64,000 nucleotides of DNA from Malacoraja senta. Its lineage: Eukaryota. Location: contig CM075978.1 of the NCBI GenBank assembly GCA_038087875.1, positions 175,274,001 through 175,338,000 on the forward strand, written 5' to 3'. The position numbers and the translations under genes were made by a program. Below, piece after piece: positions 1 to 11,599 of the stretch. Position 1 is the stretch's first letter, and every line of letters starts with the position of its first letter. The notes under the pieces were generated by a model. It saw only the letters and a list, made by a program, of their open reading frames with translations, was not told the DNA's origin and did no database searches.

Positions 1-718
1 CGAGTTAGGAAATGGATTATCGAGTAATGAAACTGTAAACAATAAAATAATGGTCAGTTGTAATATATTTATAGTGTTAATAATAGGACAGGCTATTATT
101 TCAAACGCATAATTCTGTCTTTGTTTATATCGAGTTGATGTCGACGGGAATAAACACACATGAACATTGCCCATGAACTCAATTGCTGTTTTTTTCATTT
201 TTGTCTCATGCTAGTTGTGTGTAAATAACATAATCAAAGAATCATCTAGGTGCAGAAGAACCAAATATTTTCCTGCAACCAATTCTAAACAGTATATAAG
301 TATGTAGCTTGGATATGTCGCAGAGCATAACAAGTAGTGATTTATAGCTGTGTCGGTACAACAAGTTTGTGGAATGTCCACGAATGGGAAGGGATAAAAA
401 GTTATATACTCTTCACCTTGTGATTCAACAGTGTGGCTGGAAAAAAATCTCCACCGTCATTGCGTTTTTTGGCGACCCTGGTGTGCTCGAGGCAGAATTA
501 CAGACGATGCAGTATTCGTGGAATATTGGGAATGTAATTAAGGAAGTTGAATTTTGCTGTGAAATCCGATCCCAAATCGAATAGAGGCTTTTAAATTAAT
601 TCCAAGAGAGTGGTAGGAAAATCGAAGGTAGATTTCGCTCGCTGCGACTGAACAGTGGAAATACCATTAGTGACAAATGAGGTGCTGTACAACACAGAAA
701 CACATAATCCTTTGTTTT

Positions 719-885
719 TTAAATCCAGAGTATCGATGGAAAACCGATTTTTTTGGAACCGTTCATTCTAATGATGTGCATGACCTCGTAGTCTACTTCC
801 AAAGGCGAATTGACGTCCGCAGTATTCAGGGTGGCACGGCGACTATCGAAAATCCATAGAGAACACAGACGAAAATGCTCCTTTC
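719..885 (-). CDS. Candidate downstream (cytoplasmic) exon
   Basis: Acceptor ttgatattctacag|. The phase-1 frame is open for 54 codons and includes EVDYEVM; no donor upstream could be linked to it with confidence. Confidence 0.2.
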
Positions 886-1530
886 CTGTAGAATATCAAT
901 GAGCTACCTGGAGGGGTTAGGCATGGCAGCAGATTCACGCTCTCTCCCTCAAACACAAGAAGCATTCCCTGAATGATTTTATTGATTTGCGGTAACGAAT
1001 CGATTAAATTTGTCAAGAGTCCTATTAACAGAGCTTTAGTGAAAGGACGCGCACATATCAATTTCTGACCTGTCTCGTAATCTTACTTCAAATGCATCAA
1101 ATGACAACTTACATGGGTCAGCTTTTATGTTTGGTTACAAGTTTTGTAAGAACCATAAACTGATTACTGCACAGGATCTTATTCCACCCACGCTTTCCAA
1201 TCCGATAATTGAAGAGCAACATCCTATATCCAGCTTGTTCTCTGTAAAACTCTCTTCGTTGCTTTCCTTCGTATGCCTTCTTGAAAGTTTGTTTATTGAT
1301 TAGTTGACTGGTTTCATTCTATGAGCGACAGCATTAATAACCAACATTTTGATTGAAGCTTTGTCGAATCTTTTTTATTCAAAACTCTTCATTGACGTCA
1401 GCTACTGCAATCATTCCTCAAAATTTCTTGTTACCTCTTTACAAAAGAAGTCTATCCAATATTTAGACAAACGCGAATTAATGTTATAACTTTTATAAGA
1501 AGAAAGTACAAATGCTGGATAAAACCGAAT

Positions 1531-1700
1531 AGACACAAAAAAACGCTAGTAACTCAGCGGAACAGGCAGCATCTCTGGAGGGAAGGAATGGGTGACGTTT
1601 CGGGTCGGGTCTGAAGAAAGGTCTCGACCCGAAACGTCACCCATTCCTTCGCTCCAGAGATGCTGCCTGTCCCGATGAGTTACTCCAGCTTTTTGTGTAT
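1531..1700. mobile_element. Palindromic (head-to-head) pair of Penelope-like terminal repeats with a hammerhead motif
   Basis: Arms 1531-1607 and 1625-1700 are reverse complements (about 90% identical) around a 17-nt loop. CTGAAGAAAGGTCTCGACCCGAAACGTC lies at 1611-1638. Confidence 0.8.
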
Positions 1701-2103
1701 ATCTTTAATTTTATAACTTGGTTGTTAGATTTTCTCCATTATGTACAAGTGTTTCCAATGTACAAGCAATGTTCATTATTCGGGCATGAAACAGCGTGTC
1801 CTCAAAATATTTTCAAAAATTCTGGCATTGATTTTCTAAAGCAGTTATTTTCTTAAATTATAACAATGGCAGATCAGGAAACGATGACAAAATGTTCAAA
1901 TGTCTCAGAGAATCAATTAAATTGAAACCATTTGATAGATTCGTTTACGCGTGGGAGGAACCTGCCATCTTTTTGCAAAGTACATTGGAATTCATTGCAA
2001 ATTGAATTCTAACAAATACTGTCAGTGATCTTGGAATTGCGTACCGTGATTCATTTAAAAAATGTCAATTATAACCAATGGTGCGAAATCTGCAAGCTTG
2101 GGA

Positions 2104-2243
2104 TTAAGGCTCGATGCAAAAAGTAAAATATGGAGAGGATAAAGGATCAAGAATAATGGCAATTAAGAGAAGGACACACAGCAGTACTTTGTGAAATGGT
2201 GTCTTCCATAGGTGAGGCCATATGAAGAAAGTAGAAGTGCCAT
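2104..2243 (-). CDS. Candidate transmembrane/terminal exon of the VJ-C1 gene
   Basis: After aaaacag| the phase-1 frame reads DGTSTFFIWPHLWKTPFHKVLLCVLLLIAIILDPLSSPYFTFCIEP*. The phase matches the C1 exon, but the acceptor is pyrimidine-poor and the hydrophobic core is only about 13 aa. Confidence 0.35.
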
Positions 2244-2807
2244 CTGTTTTATGTCTGTCCTATTTTATCTTACAAAAAATCAACACCGTGTTTAATTGAA
2301 TTAAACGCCATTTGTCATTCCTCAGCCCATTCGTCGACTTGACCAAGATCCCGTTGTAACTTTTGATAAATCTCTTCACAGTCCACTAAACCACCATTGT
2401 TTGTGCTATCCACAAACTACCCTTGCACGCACATCCAAATCGTTAATGTAAAAGAAAACAGACAGTGAACCCATCCCCGATCCCTGTGGCATACCACTCG
2501 TCAGAGACATTTAGTCATAAAATCCATCCTCTACCATCACTATCTTTAAGGCAATTTCCCATTTTCAAGGCAATTCCGTATCCAATTGGCTAGCTCGCCC
2601 TGGATCAAATACGAACTAACCCTTCAGAGTAGTCAACCAGAATCTTATCAAATGCCATGCTAAGGTAGGCACTACACCGCACTGTCCTCGTCAATGTTCA
2701 TGGTCACCGCTTCAAACCCCGTATTCAAATTCGTAAGACGCGAATTCACACGCACGAAGAAAATCTGACTATCCCCGGTCAGTCCACGCCTCTCCAAATG
2801 CATAGAT

Positions 2808-2990
2808 AGATACACAATGCTGGAGCAACTCAGCGGGATAGGCAGCATCTCTGGATAGAAGGAATGTATGACGTTTCGGGTCGAGATCCTTTTCCGGACT
2901 GAAGAATGGTCTCGACCCGAAACGTAACGCATTCCTTCTATCCAGAGATGCTGTCTGTCCAGCTGAGTTACTCCAGCATTTTGTGTCTCT
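2808..2990. mobile_element. Palindromic pair of Penelope-like terminal repeats with a hammerhead motif
   Basis: Same inverted layout as 1531-1700. CTGAAGAATGGTCTCGACCCGAAACGTA lies at 2899-2926. Confidence 0.8.
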
Positions 2991-3446
2991 CTTCGGTGTA
3001 AACCAGCATGTGCAATTCCTTTCTACACACCTCCCCAAATACATGCAGACCCGGTCTCTCGGAATGTGTAAATCCAATTACTCCAGATCTTACCTTAGCG
3101 TGGAGTTTTGGCACGAAAATATACTTTCATAATCAATCGATTGCCAGCGAAAATCTTCGCAGTATATTTGAGGCATCAGTTTGTTTCGTTCGTGATGATC
3201 TGGTGCTTAATTTATGGTTTAACCCGGACCATAATGCATAATGCATGATGGAACAGGTTGTAATAACGTTCATGAGACACACACAAGTATGGACGTTTGT
3301 CCTAACATCGCCCATTGTTGTGGTACACAACATGTCAACGGTTATACATGTGCTAAACGGACAATATAGTTTATTAACCACACATTTTCCTAAGGTAATC
3401 ATGCGTATGTGGCCAAATTGCATCGAAAATGTATCGTTATTCTTAC

Positions 3447-3749
3447 CTCGACTGTAGAAAGTATAACTGATATTGGTTGGATTCGGAAGAGAAATATGAG
3501 ATACCTGGCAGGTATAAACTGTCCCGCTCTCCACATGGCCTGTCTCGGTCAGGCAGCTCCAAGCTTCGTACAGTCCTGCTGTTGTCTGCGTTTTGTTTGG
3601 CTCAATCGTTTGTATAATATCTGACCCATTTTTGTACCAAGTAATATTCAGATCAAGAGGAAAGAACGTTGCTGTTTTACAAACGAGAATCAGAGTAACC
3701 GATGTGTTCTCCGGCAACATGGTGGTCAATCTCAGAGGAGTTGGGCGGT
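3447..3749 (-). CDS. Ig C1-set exon of the same gene
   Basis: 303-nt open exon reading (D)RPTPLRL..TLILVCKTATFFPLDLNITWYKNG..VYTCQVSHISLPNPTNISYTFYSR, with the C1 hallmarks C-x4-F-F-P, W and Y-x-C-x-V-x-H. Acceptor ttttattttccag| at 3750, donor G|gtaaga at 3446; phase 1-1, in frame with the V exon. Confidence 0.93.
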
Positions 3750-4717
3750 CTGGAAAATAAAACGATTTTTTTATTTCACCATTCCCGTAATTTTCGTGAC
3801 GAATCAAATTCCATTGCAACCTCGAAAAAAATCTTAATTGAACTATATTTGTTTACAGCCTAGTTTTATAACCAATGCACTTACAGTGATTTCAAACGGT
3901 TAAGTGTTTTCCTTGTTGTGGTATTATCTAACGACTAATTTCCTTCCTTTTAAATCTCATCGTCGTATGCCTTGATTTTACAATTGCGGTCTATTGTCCA
4001 ACAGTTACCTTACTTCATAAATATATCGTTTCCGTTTCTACTCGCAGCGCATGTAAATGATGCGTTCCGCTCTGTGCAGAGACATTAGGAGCCAAAGCAA
4101 TAACTTGATTTTTTTTTTAATCGTCTTCGCGATTTTGATTATAATTTTGTGTTAATTGTACAAAATGTAATCCATAATAACAGCTCGACTATCAAAATTT
4201 AACAAATATATTCTTTCTCGTTGTTCAAATAACTAACTCGGGCAGCAGATTTATTCAGAAGTAACTTGAGGTTTAAAAAAAAGCTTTAATTTTCATGGTC
4301 AGAAGAAAGTGTGTGCTTGTGTGAAAACATATTGTACATCTGGACCAGAGGGAACAGCTAGCTATTTAGAGTTCAATTAAGCACAGAAGAGAGTATTGCA
4401 TTACTTCGAGAACAATTATCCCAGCACCATCACATTGTCTTAAGAATTTTGGATGGTATGTAAAGGCCTCTGAGACGTTATCAATGACATTCATACATGA
4501 AAATGTCACTACCCCGTTCCATTTACAATAGCTCAAACAGTGATCAGCGTCTGCGTAAGCCACCCAAAATGTAGGCTTGAGATTCAAACTACAAGTACAT
4601 TTGCACCATTTAAAAACAAACCGTTTTCAATATCTATATGATCTTAATTCTATTTCCATTGCTGCTATCGCTATAACCATAAGTGGAAAGTTAACGGAAA
4701 ATATATGTTTATGTAAC

Positions 4718-4863
4718 AATGTGTAGGAAGGAACTAGAGATGCTGGTTTAAGCCGAAGGTAGATAAAATGCGGTAGTATTTTATCTACCTTCCGAGCGGG
4801 TCAGACAGCATCTCTGGATAAAATGATTAGTTGACGTTTCGGGTCGAGACCCTTCTTCAGACT
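4718..4863 (-). mobile_element. Penelope-like terminal repeat with an intact hammerhead core
   Basis: The reverse complement of 4833-4860 is CTGAAGAAGGGTCTCGACCCGAAACGTC, followed by the usual ..ccagagatgctg.. tail. Confidence 0.75.
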
Positions 4864-4984
4864 AAATGTAACAATACGGATATTTATCCCTCAATGATTG
4901 ACTAGCTTCACGGCTCCTAAATAATTTCAAGTAGCATCCGGGACAATCAGAAATGTGACGAAACTTATACTACGGATTAACATG

Positions 4985-5468
4985 GTACCAATTGAGCAAG
5001 TGCAAAAGAAGTTCTCCAGAATGTTGACTGAAATAGAGGGGCCTAGTTGTATCGAGACACAGATGATGAGTAAAAAACGAGACATTTGGTGAACTTGGTT
5101 TATTCTCAGTAGAACATCGGAGGCAGAGGAGTAACCTTGTAAAAGGTTATTTTTTAAATATCGTGGCCACACAGACGGAGTTTTTTCCCCCCAGAATAGT
5201 GGAATCACGCACTATGAGGCACGGTTTTTAGGTAAAAGTGGAAAATGTAAAAGAGGAAGGTTTGCACACCTGGAACATCTGCCACCGGAGAGGGTGCAGT
5301 ACAATATTAACATTTAAATTGCGTTAGACCCGTCATTACGCAGAAGAATTATAGAGGGATATGGGCCTAATGCAGGCAAACAGCATCAACATATACAAGT
5401 TGCACGGTCGGCAGAGACGACGTGGGCAGAACGGGCCAGTTGTTGTGTTGAATGATTCTATGATTCTG
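4985..5468 (+). mobile_element. Old CR1 LINE 3' fragment
   Basis: Degenerate similarity to the 3' end of CR1 RT and its UTR; ends in a gattctatgattct tail. Confidence 0.65.
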
Positions 5469-5845
5469 TAATTCCTTACAATTTAGATAAAAGAAGATGA
5501 CAGGTCCAAAGAAATCAATTAAAAAATCTCCTTGATCAGTACCACATTCGGAACCCTACATACTTTCACTCTCAACTACCTGTGCCGTGTGTCGATGGTT
5601 TCTGTAACTCCATTCCCTCTGCGTTGAAGCAATTCTAAAATATAAGCGAAAGGTGTTTTAATTCTGTCAAGCAGAAGATGTGGAAGGCGTCATTTACTCT
5701 CACAATCAGTCTATTCGGATTCGTTGGTAATTGCGTCAAAAATACTATCTAACCCATCACACAAATCATATTATTTCAAAGCACACAGATGATGAAGAAA
5801 GCGCAATTTCTTCAACGTGATTGAGTTAATCGCTTTGAGTTGGTG

Positions 5846-6143
5846 AATAGACAATAGACAATAAGCCCTTTGAGCAGCACCGCCATTCCATGTGATCATG
5901 GCTGACCATCTCCAATCAATACCCCGTTCCTGCCTTCTCCCCATATCCCCTGACTCTGCTATCTTTAAGATCCCTATTTTGCTCTCTCTTGAAAGTATCC
6001 AGAGAACCGGCCTCCACCACCCTCTGAGGCACAGAATTCCAGACTCACAACTCTCTGTGTGAAAAAGTATTTCCTCGTCTCCGTTCTAAATGGCTTTCCC
6101 CTTATTCTTAAACTGTGGCCCCTGGTTCTGGACTCCCCCCAAC
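5846..6143 (-). mobile_element. CR1 LINE 3' end in the V-C1 intron
   Basis: Reverse complement of the CR1 3' UTR with an (aatagac)n tail; matches 9820-10098. Confidence 0.85.
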
Positions 6144-6188
6144 AGTTGAAGTTGACCGATCTGGCTCACTCCTCTCCCCGAAACTCAC

Positions 6189-6500
6189 CGTAAACTACCA
6201 GCTTTGTACCAGTCCCGTTTAAAACGTTGGTACGTGTCAAGCTGCAAAAATAGAGCCCGGCGTCCTTCGCTCTCACGTCCTCCAGCCGTAAGACAGCGCT
6301 TCCCCCTCTCAGGAAATAAAACTGGATTCTTTTATCTGCACTCTCATCCAGGAATCTATTATCCCCATCTCTCCACCAATGCACTTTGTACGGCCTGTTG
6401 TCTGAGAAGATTGGATAAATGCAGTAAAGCACTGCCGAGTCACCCCGCATCAAAACAGCTTCTGGAACATGTGTTACGGTCAACGGGCCATCGTCACCAG
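6189..6500 (-). CDS. Ig V-set exon, germline-joined VJ type (non-rearranging receptor; NKp30/SIRP/VJ-C1-like)
   Basis: 312-nt open exon reading ..GDDGPLTVTHVPEAVLMRGDSAVLYC..VHWWRDG..LRLEDVRAKDAGLYFCSLTRTNVLNGTGTKLVVY. It has the B-strand Cys, C-strand Trp, D-x-G-x-Y-x-C and a J-like GxGTxLxV motif. Acceptor tttttcgtttcccgacag| at 6501, donor G|gtgagt at 6188; phase 1-1. Confidence 0.93.
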
Positions 6501-7577
6501 CTGTCGGGAAACGAAAAATCAAATTTAGGACTAAACTGAGGTATTGACCAAATTAATTGAAAATTGCACGAAAGGAGAATAAAAATAAAGATAAAGGATC
6601 AGCAAACTTATAAATTGATAATTAAGTTTCGGTCGGACTGTCTATAGTAAGAGTAAAATATACCGGCGCAGCTGACGTGAAGAACAATCAATTGCAGTAA
6701 GACACGTGTCATCACTCACGGCAAAACTGCATAGAACAGTCGAATGAAACAAGTGTCGAATAAATAGTGAGAGAGAAACACCGCGAGTATGCTTGGGTTC
6801 AGTGGGTGTGCCGGAAAGTGAATCTGCTCATGCTCATCTCATGCATGAGATGCCTCTCTGCGCATTGACGCGGATCAAAGGTGAAGTTAGTGGCTGCTCA
6901 CACATTTCCGAAAACTTCACAAAGCATTTGCTGAACAACTACAGAAATTCAATGCAGCTAAAAATTGCTGCCATTGCGCTTTTGCCCATGCTCTCTATTA
7001 AGCAATGTCCTCGTACTGATCGTCCCGAATATGCTGTCCACGGTCGACCTATGTGAAAATACAGTGACGTTTCGCAGATGCGCCCTGCTTTGATTGCGCC
7101 AATACTTTCCATTCAACACGCCATGATGCGAAGCAATTAATCAGCAAGTAAATGGAGCCGTTCCAGATACCATTCAGCCCCCTCCTCCACTCCATGCCCA
7201 GCCTTCGCTACAGTTTATTGCCGTATGACATGCAATGCGCCAGAGGGCCACACTGCTGAGTTCATTGGCGAATTGAAAGGGTCATTCGTGATTGGCGAGC
7301 GGCTCACATCATGGTCAAAACTGGCAATTAATCGAGGATGTACATAAGAGAGTATTTCTCTGTCATCCAAACAGACCTCAGATCGGCAAGATTTACAGCT
7401 CTGCGATCGTCCGCGTCCATCCGAGCTGAGGCAGGAGTGGGGTGTCAACCATAAATTCGCCTGGATGATGGGACCAATTTGACGCCATCCCTATTGTTAC
7501 AGAATTTTAAAAAAAAAAGATCGCTTTCGATTTGGGAACAACGGCAGGAATCAAAAGAACAAGAAAGAAAACTGAAG

Positions 7578-7915
7578 ATAGACACAACATGCTGGAGTAA
7601 CTCAGCGGGACAGGCAGCATCTCTAGGGAGAAGAAGGGGTTCGACCCGAAACGTCACCCATTGCTTCTCTCCAGAGATGCTGCCTAGCCCGCTGAGTTAA
7701 TCCAGCATTTTGTGTCTACCTTCGATTTGAACCAGCATCTGCAGTTCTTTCTGACACATTTTGTCCGCTCCACTGCCAAATCTCCTCAAGGTATGTCTAC
7801 TTTGAAGAAGTAAAACTGTCTGAAGAAGGGTCTCGACCCGAAACGTCACCCATCCCTTCTCTCCAGAGAGGCTGTTTGTCCCGCTTATTTACTCCGGATT
7901 TTTGTGTCTATCTTC
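7578..7915. mobile_element. Penelope-like cluster: palindromic repeat pair, spacer, then a second hammerhead-bearing repeat
   Basis: Inverted pair at about 7578-7720, spacer ..cctcaaggtatgtctactttgaagaag.. (same as the 19790-19860 spacer), and a perfect CTGAAGAAGGGTCTCGACCCGAAACGTC at 7820-7847. Confidence 0.8.
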
Positions 7916-8104
7916 CGCAAAATCAAAACGTTGGGAATAGGGAATATGCCATCTGAACACTCAAGGCTGCCCGCCTTTATGCAAATGTTTAATCCACCCT
8001 TGCCTCCATTCTCCTTCTGTGTCATTTCCCCATAGACTTCCATTCCTTGATATTTCAAACCAAATATCGGTCATCCCATTAAATACTTTCAATAATCTAC
8101 CTTC

Positions 8105-10098
8105 AAAGGTATAAAAATTAAAGCGAAGAACTACAACGTAGCAAAGATGAGCGGGAAGCAAGAGGATAGGGTAATGTTTAAAGAACAACAGAAGATAACC
8201 AAAAAGACAATACGGGGAGAAAAGATGAGGTACGAAGGTAAGCTAGCCAGGAATATAAAGTGGGACAGTAAAAGCTTCTTTAGGTATGTGAAGGGCAAAA
8301 AATTAGTTAAGACCAAAGTTGGACCCTTGAAAAACGAAAAAGGTGAATTCATTATGGGGAACAATGAAATGGCAGATGAGTCGAACAGGTACTTTGGATC
8401 TGTCTTCACTAAGGAGGACACAAACAATCTTCCTGATATAGTAGTGGCCAGAGGATCTGGGTGACAGAGGAACTGAAGGAAATCCACATTAGGCAGGAAA
8501 TGGTGTTGAATAGACTGATGGGACTGAAGGCTGATAAATCCCCAGGGCCCGATGGTCTGCATCCCAGGGTACTTAAGGAAGTGGCTCTAGAAATCGTGGA
8601 TGCATTGGTGATTATGTTCCAATGTTCTATAGACTGAGGATCAGTTCCTGTGGATTGGAGGGTAGCTAATGTTATCCCACTTTTTAAGAAAGGCAGGAGA
8701 GAGAAAACGGGGAATTATAGACCAGTTAGCCTGACATCGGTGGTGGGGAAGATGCTGGAGTCAATTATAAAAGATGAGATAGCCGCACATTTGGATAGCA
8801 GTAACAGGATCGGTCCGAGTCAGCATGGATTTACGAAGGGGAAATCATGCTTGACTAATCTTCTGGAATTTTTTGCAGATGTAACTAGGAAAATGTACAA
8901 GGGAGAGCCAGTGGATGTAGTGTACCTGGACTTTCAGAAAGCATTTGATAAGGTCCCACATAGGAGATTAGTGGGCAAAATTAGGGCACATGGTATTGAG
9001 GGTAGAGTGCTGACATGGATAGAGAAGTGGTTGGCAGACAGGAAACAAAGAGTAGGGATTAATGGGTCCCTTTCAGAATGGCAGGCAGTGACTAGTGGGG
9101 TACCGCAAGGCTCGGTGCTGGGACCGCAGCTATTTACAATATACATCAATGATTTGGATGAAGGGATTCAAAGTAGCATTAGCAAATTTGCAGATGACAC
9201 AAAGCTGGGTGGCAGTGTGAACTGTGAGGAGGATGCTATGAGAATGCAGGGTAACTTGGACAAGTTGGGGGGAGTGGGCAGATGCATGGCAGATGAAGAT
9301 TAATGCGGATAAATGTGAGGTTATCCACTTTGGTAGCAAAAACAGGAAGGCAGATTACAATCTAAATGGCGTCAAGTTGGGAAAGGGGGAAGTACAACGG
9401 GATCTTGGGGTCCTTGTACATCAGTCTATGAAAGTAAGCATGCAGGTACAGCAGGCAGAGAAGAAAGCGAATGGCATGTTGCCCTTTATAACAAGAGGAA
9501 TCGAATATAGGAGCAAAGAGGTCCTTCTGCAGTTGTACAGAGCCCTAGTGAGACCACACCTGGAGTATTGTGTGCAGTTTTGGTCCACTAATTTGAGGAA
9601 GGACATTCTTGCTATTGAGGGAGTGCAGCGTAGGTTTACAAGGTTAATTCCAGGGATGACGGGACTGTCATATGCTGAGAGAATGGAGCAGCTGGGCTTG
9701 TACACTCTGGAGTTTAGAAGGATGAGATGGAATCTTATTGAAACATATAAGATTGTTAAGGGTTTGGACACGCTGGAGGCAGGAAACATGTTCCCGATGT
9801 TGGGGGGAGTCCAGAACCAGGGGGCCACAGTTTAAGAATAAGGAGTAAGCCATTTAGAACGGAGACGAGGAAACACTTTTTTCTCACAGAGAGTGGTGAG
9901 TATGTGGAATTCTCTGCCTCAGAGGGCGGTGGAGGCAGGTTCTCTGGATGCCTTCAAGAGAGAGCTAGATAGGTCTCTTAACAATTGCGGTGTCAGGGGA
10001 TATGGGGAAAAGGCAGGAACGGGGTACTGATTTGGGATGATCAGCCATGATCACATTGAATGGTGGTGCTGGCTCGAAGGGCCAAATGGCCTACTCCT
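8105..10098 (+). mobile_element. 5'-truncated CR1/L3 LINE (ORF2 RT pseudogene)
   Basis: ORF pieces 8147-8464, 8650-9303 and 9293-9835 with GNYRPVSLTS, YLDFQKAFDKVPH, GVPQGSVLGP, KFADDTK and RPHLEYCVQFW; interrupted by stops and frameshifts; 3' tail (ctattgt)n. Confidence 0.95.
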
Positions 10099-10744
10099 GC
10101 ACCTATTGTCTATTGTCTAAAACTCCATGGGGAAAGAAGATTCAGCTCCTTCCGTGAAAAGCACTTCTTTGCGACTCGATTTTAAATAGCTGTCCCCTTT
10201 TCTTGAGACGGGGATCTTCGATTGAGCAGAGCAGACAGCACCTGTGGGATGTTAATATTTCACGTCGAAGCCTTTGGTCAGAACTGAGACGGCAACAGGA
10301 GAACTGGAGAAAGCAGAACTGTTAGTTTAGTTTAGTCACCTTTCTTCTCCAATGAAATCCTACCGACCCTGTCATTCTGCGGCGAAATCCGCCATTCTGC
10401 TGACATGAAATAATACCTCTTCTTCCATCTTCCAAGACTACAGTCTTCGACTTCCTTGCCCGCAGCAGAACAGGTCAGATCTGTAATGTTAATTCTCAAA
10501 TCACACTGTCAAATTTACTGAACATTCCCTGCACTTCTGTCGCACGTTTTCCAGCATTTATACGTTCCAGTCCTATTCGAAATGTCCCCTTTGCCTTTCT
10601 GGCCGTCCTAAATGTTCTGCAACTTGAAACTAAATACCTTTCCCTCTATGTCATTTTGCCATTGAGAATTAGACCGAGAGCGTTTTTTTTTTCATTTTCT
10701 CTCCACTGACGCTGCGAATGTTGAATGCCGAATGTTCTGGTTGT

Positions 10745-11090
10745 TGAAATATGTGGATGTTTTGGAGACGGTGCAGAAGAGGTTTACCCGAATACCGTCA
10801 GGAGTTGAGGGCATCAGCTTGAAGGATAGATAGGACAAACTTGGATTGTTTTCTCTCGAACGTCAGAAATTAAGGGGAGTCCTGACAGAAGTATACAGAA
10901 CTATGAGAGGTCTAGATAGGATAGTCAAGCAGTGCCTTTTTTTTACCAGGGTGGGACAGCCAGTCTAAGGGGTTCTAAGCTTTAAAGTGAGCGGACAAAG
11001 TTTAAAGATGAGCGGGGCAAATTGTTCACAGAGATGTTGTGTGTGCCTGGAATGCGCTGAGTGGGGTGGTGGACGCAGATACGATAGCAG
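10745..11090 (+). mobile_element. Old CR1 fragment
   Basis: Degenerate match to the CR1 3' RT region (gtgcagaagaggtttacc.., ggacaaacttggattgttttc). Confidence 0.6.
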
Positions 11091-11599
11091 GGGAGTTTAC
11101 CTTTGCTTTGGATCCCGAGTCACTGTTGTGACTGGTTCAGAGCTCAATTCTACGTTCTTCTCGTGATGACAGGTGGTGATCAACCATGGCATTATGTTCG
11201 GTGTAGATATTGTGAGTCAAGAGCTGTTCTTGAGCTGTACATTTCTGTGGTTTATGGTCTTAAAGAAAAGTTGTACAACCAGTCACTTATTTCCATTAGT
11301 TCAAACATAATTTATGCTAATGCGCAAGACTTATCGTTGTTCAATTTCAGGGAGCAGAATTCCAATCTTCAGAGATGTAGAGCCTTTGATCGTTCACGCT
11401 GACCTGTTAGATTGAATGATGCAGCGTAGTGGAAATGTAAATTGCAAGGGTTGTAATTTGCGATGTCACCACTGGATTACATTCCAATTCGTGCCAGACA
11501 CCGGAATTTCTCAAGAAAATAAGGGAACTGTTGAAAACGGCGCCAGTGTTAGTTTGCAATATATCTGGTGCCTTCTGCCCTCACCACTATCTTCCACCA

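Noticed and set aside
3133-3446. Long C-terminal extension of the 228-aa ORF beyond the C1 domain
   Set aside because: This is read-through past a strong donor at 3446, and the sequence has no domain character.
6189-6500. Rearranging Ig light chain or TCR V gene segment
   Set aside because: V and J motifs are already fused in one exon, no RSS heptamer or nonamer is seen, and the framework motifs (WWRDG, NGTGT) are not IgL/TCR-like.
6720-6840. Leader exon for the V domain (good gcc|gtgagt donor at 6720)
   Set aside because: The phase-1 frame has a TGA between the upstream ATGs and the donor, leaving only MQFC; the hydrophobic frame is phase 2 and has no ATG. It may be a real UTR exon, but it cannot be supported as a signal peptide.
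9421-9828. Antisense ORFs over CR1 copies (also 16266-16634, 40525-40917, 53189-53584)
   Set aside because: These are the usual stop-poor antisense frames of CR1 RT, repeated in every copy.
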